A stretch of 64,000 bases of DNA, taken from assembly GCF_006345805.1 (NCBI RefSeq), contig NC_043004.1:97774001-97838000 (forward strand). Reading direction: 5' to 3'. The notes under the pieces are model-generated. The model saw only the letters and a program-made list of their open reading frames with translations, ran no database searches and was not told the DNA's origin. Shown here one piece after another: positions 62,692 through 64,000 of the stretch; position 1 is the stretch's first letter; the number at the start of each line of letters is the position of its first letter. The translations under genes and the position numbers were made by a program. Source of the DNA: Octopus sinensis (taxonomy: Eukaryota).

Positions 62692-63915
62692 AATATATAT
62701 ATATCTGTGAACATTTTGTGTGTGTGTGTGTTTATGTGAATGAACATACATGAATCAAAATAGAGTGCTCAAAGCAACTATAGAGTGAATAGTGTGTATT
62801 CAGAGCTTTCTTGTATAATTAAAAAATACGTTACCCAGAATTTAGTGTGACGGGTATTGAGCCGTGCAATAAGCGGATATTATGATAGTTTTTCATTCTA
62901 AGAGGGACAGGCTCATATGTGATATATTCAGTCATGCTCTAGGTAATGCAAGAGATGCAACTGAGTGGATCCCAAGTAGGCCTGAACTGTTTAGGTTTGT
63001 TATTATTTTATATTAACGCGGAGGTTTGTACATTTTTCTATACCCACTATATAGCAAAGGGAAAAATAAAAGAACATTCTAAGGTAATTAAAAGAATATC
63101 GTAGAAGATTGACATTTGGGTAAAGTGGTGTGAGAAACTGATATGACTTACATAAGTTAATTTGATGAATCAAATAAAAAACAAAAAAAAAAAACAATTT
63201 CAATAAGTCAACAAAGAGGTGTCCGAAGTTTAATTGATACGAATTTTCAGAATTTAAGAAATGAAGTATCGTCAAGTCAGAAGTTTATGGAGTAAAGAAA
63301 GTAAAGATAATGAATATTTATGGAGGGAGATGAATGTTTATCTCGATGAACTCTGAATTTTCAAAATTTAAGCAAGAATTTTTCGGTGAGCAGACATTTC
63401 TCAAAATTTCAGATTAAGGAAGTTTTAAATAATTTTGCTAAAGAGCCCTTTTTGTCTGAGTATAAACTATGAATTTTTGTGCCATTTATATAGTGTTACT
63501 TCATTCTGGGATCTTCCATTAGATAGCACAGTTAATGTTGTACACATTAAGCACTTGATATAATTTGATAAAACAATTTTGTGTCGTTTTCAGCTAACAA
63601 GAGATTTGCTATTGATGAGTAATACGTCAACTTTAATGTTTAGGTAATATGATTTTTTGTATTGGTTTATAATGAAGTGCAATGATTTCTGTTCAAGATA
63701 TACATTTTATGTGAGGCTTGATTATTTATAATTGGCGTATTATTTCATGTATTTAATACATGGTGTTTGTCTCTTTATTGCTCTGAGGTTGGTCTGTTAG
63801 GTTGTTTGTAAAACAGTAGCTACATTTCTCTATCAAACATTTCGTTTGTGGAAGAGAGATTATATGCTTTTCTAATCTGAGATTTCACAACTGATATTTC
63901 GTATCTGTGCGAACA

Positions 63916-63947
<32 letters not shown>

Positions 63948-64000
63948 CCATAAAGTTGATCCTTGGTACCTCTGCACTTACGCTTGCAACCCTTCTGCTC

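Overview
AT-rich, microsatellite-dense eukaryotic genomic DNA. The repeat families (tRNA-headed CORE-type SINEs, RTE LINE 3' ends with (GAT)n tails) point to an octopus (Octopus sp.); this is inference, not a database result. Most ORFs in the supplied track are artefacts of (TA)n/(CA)n/(GAA)n repeats or of SINE/LINE UTRs. Recognisable coding remnants are all transposon-derived: a full-length decayed mariner (12.76-14.04 kb), a rosa/DD41D-like Tc1-mariner with two nested insertions (33.28-35.26 kb), a second mariner family relic, two Penelope-like element (PLE) relics and several RTE LINE relics. A Helitron and several MITEs are also present. No host gene can be named. CpG is visibly depleted left of about 44 kb and retained to the right. 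A CpG-rich AAAATGGCG start on the minus strand at 47.59 kb suggests a large minus-strand gene whose body covers the left two-thirds; phase-compatible plus-strand exon candidates also exist. The strongest leads are: (i) a minus-strand 6-nt microexon with branch point, UGC and Rbfox motifs, next to a tandemly duplicated exon, with a diverged copy of its acceptor 29.7 kb away; (ii) several hammerhead-ribozyme motifs of PLE type, one inside a 431-bp near-perfect foldback. All coordinates were read by eye; ends of old repeats are approximate (tens of bp).
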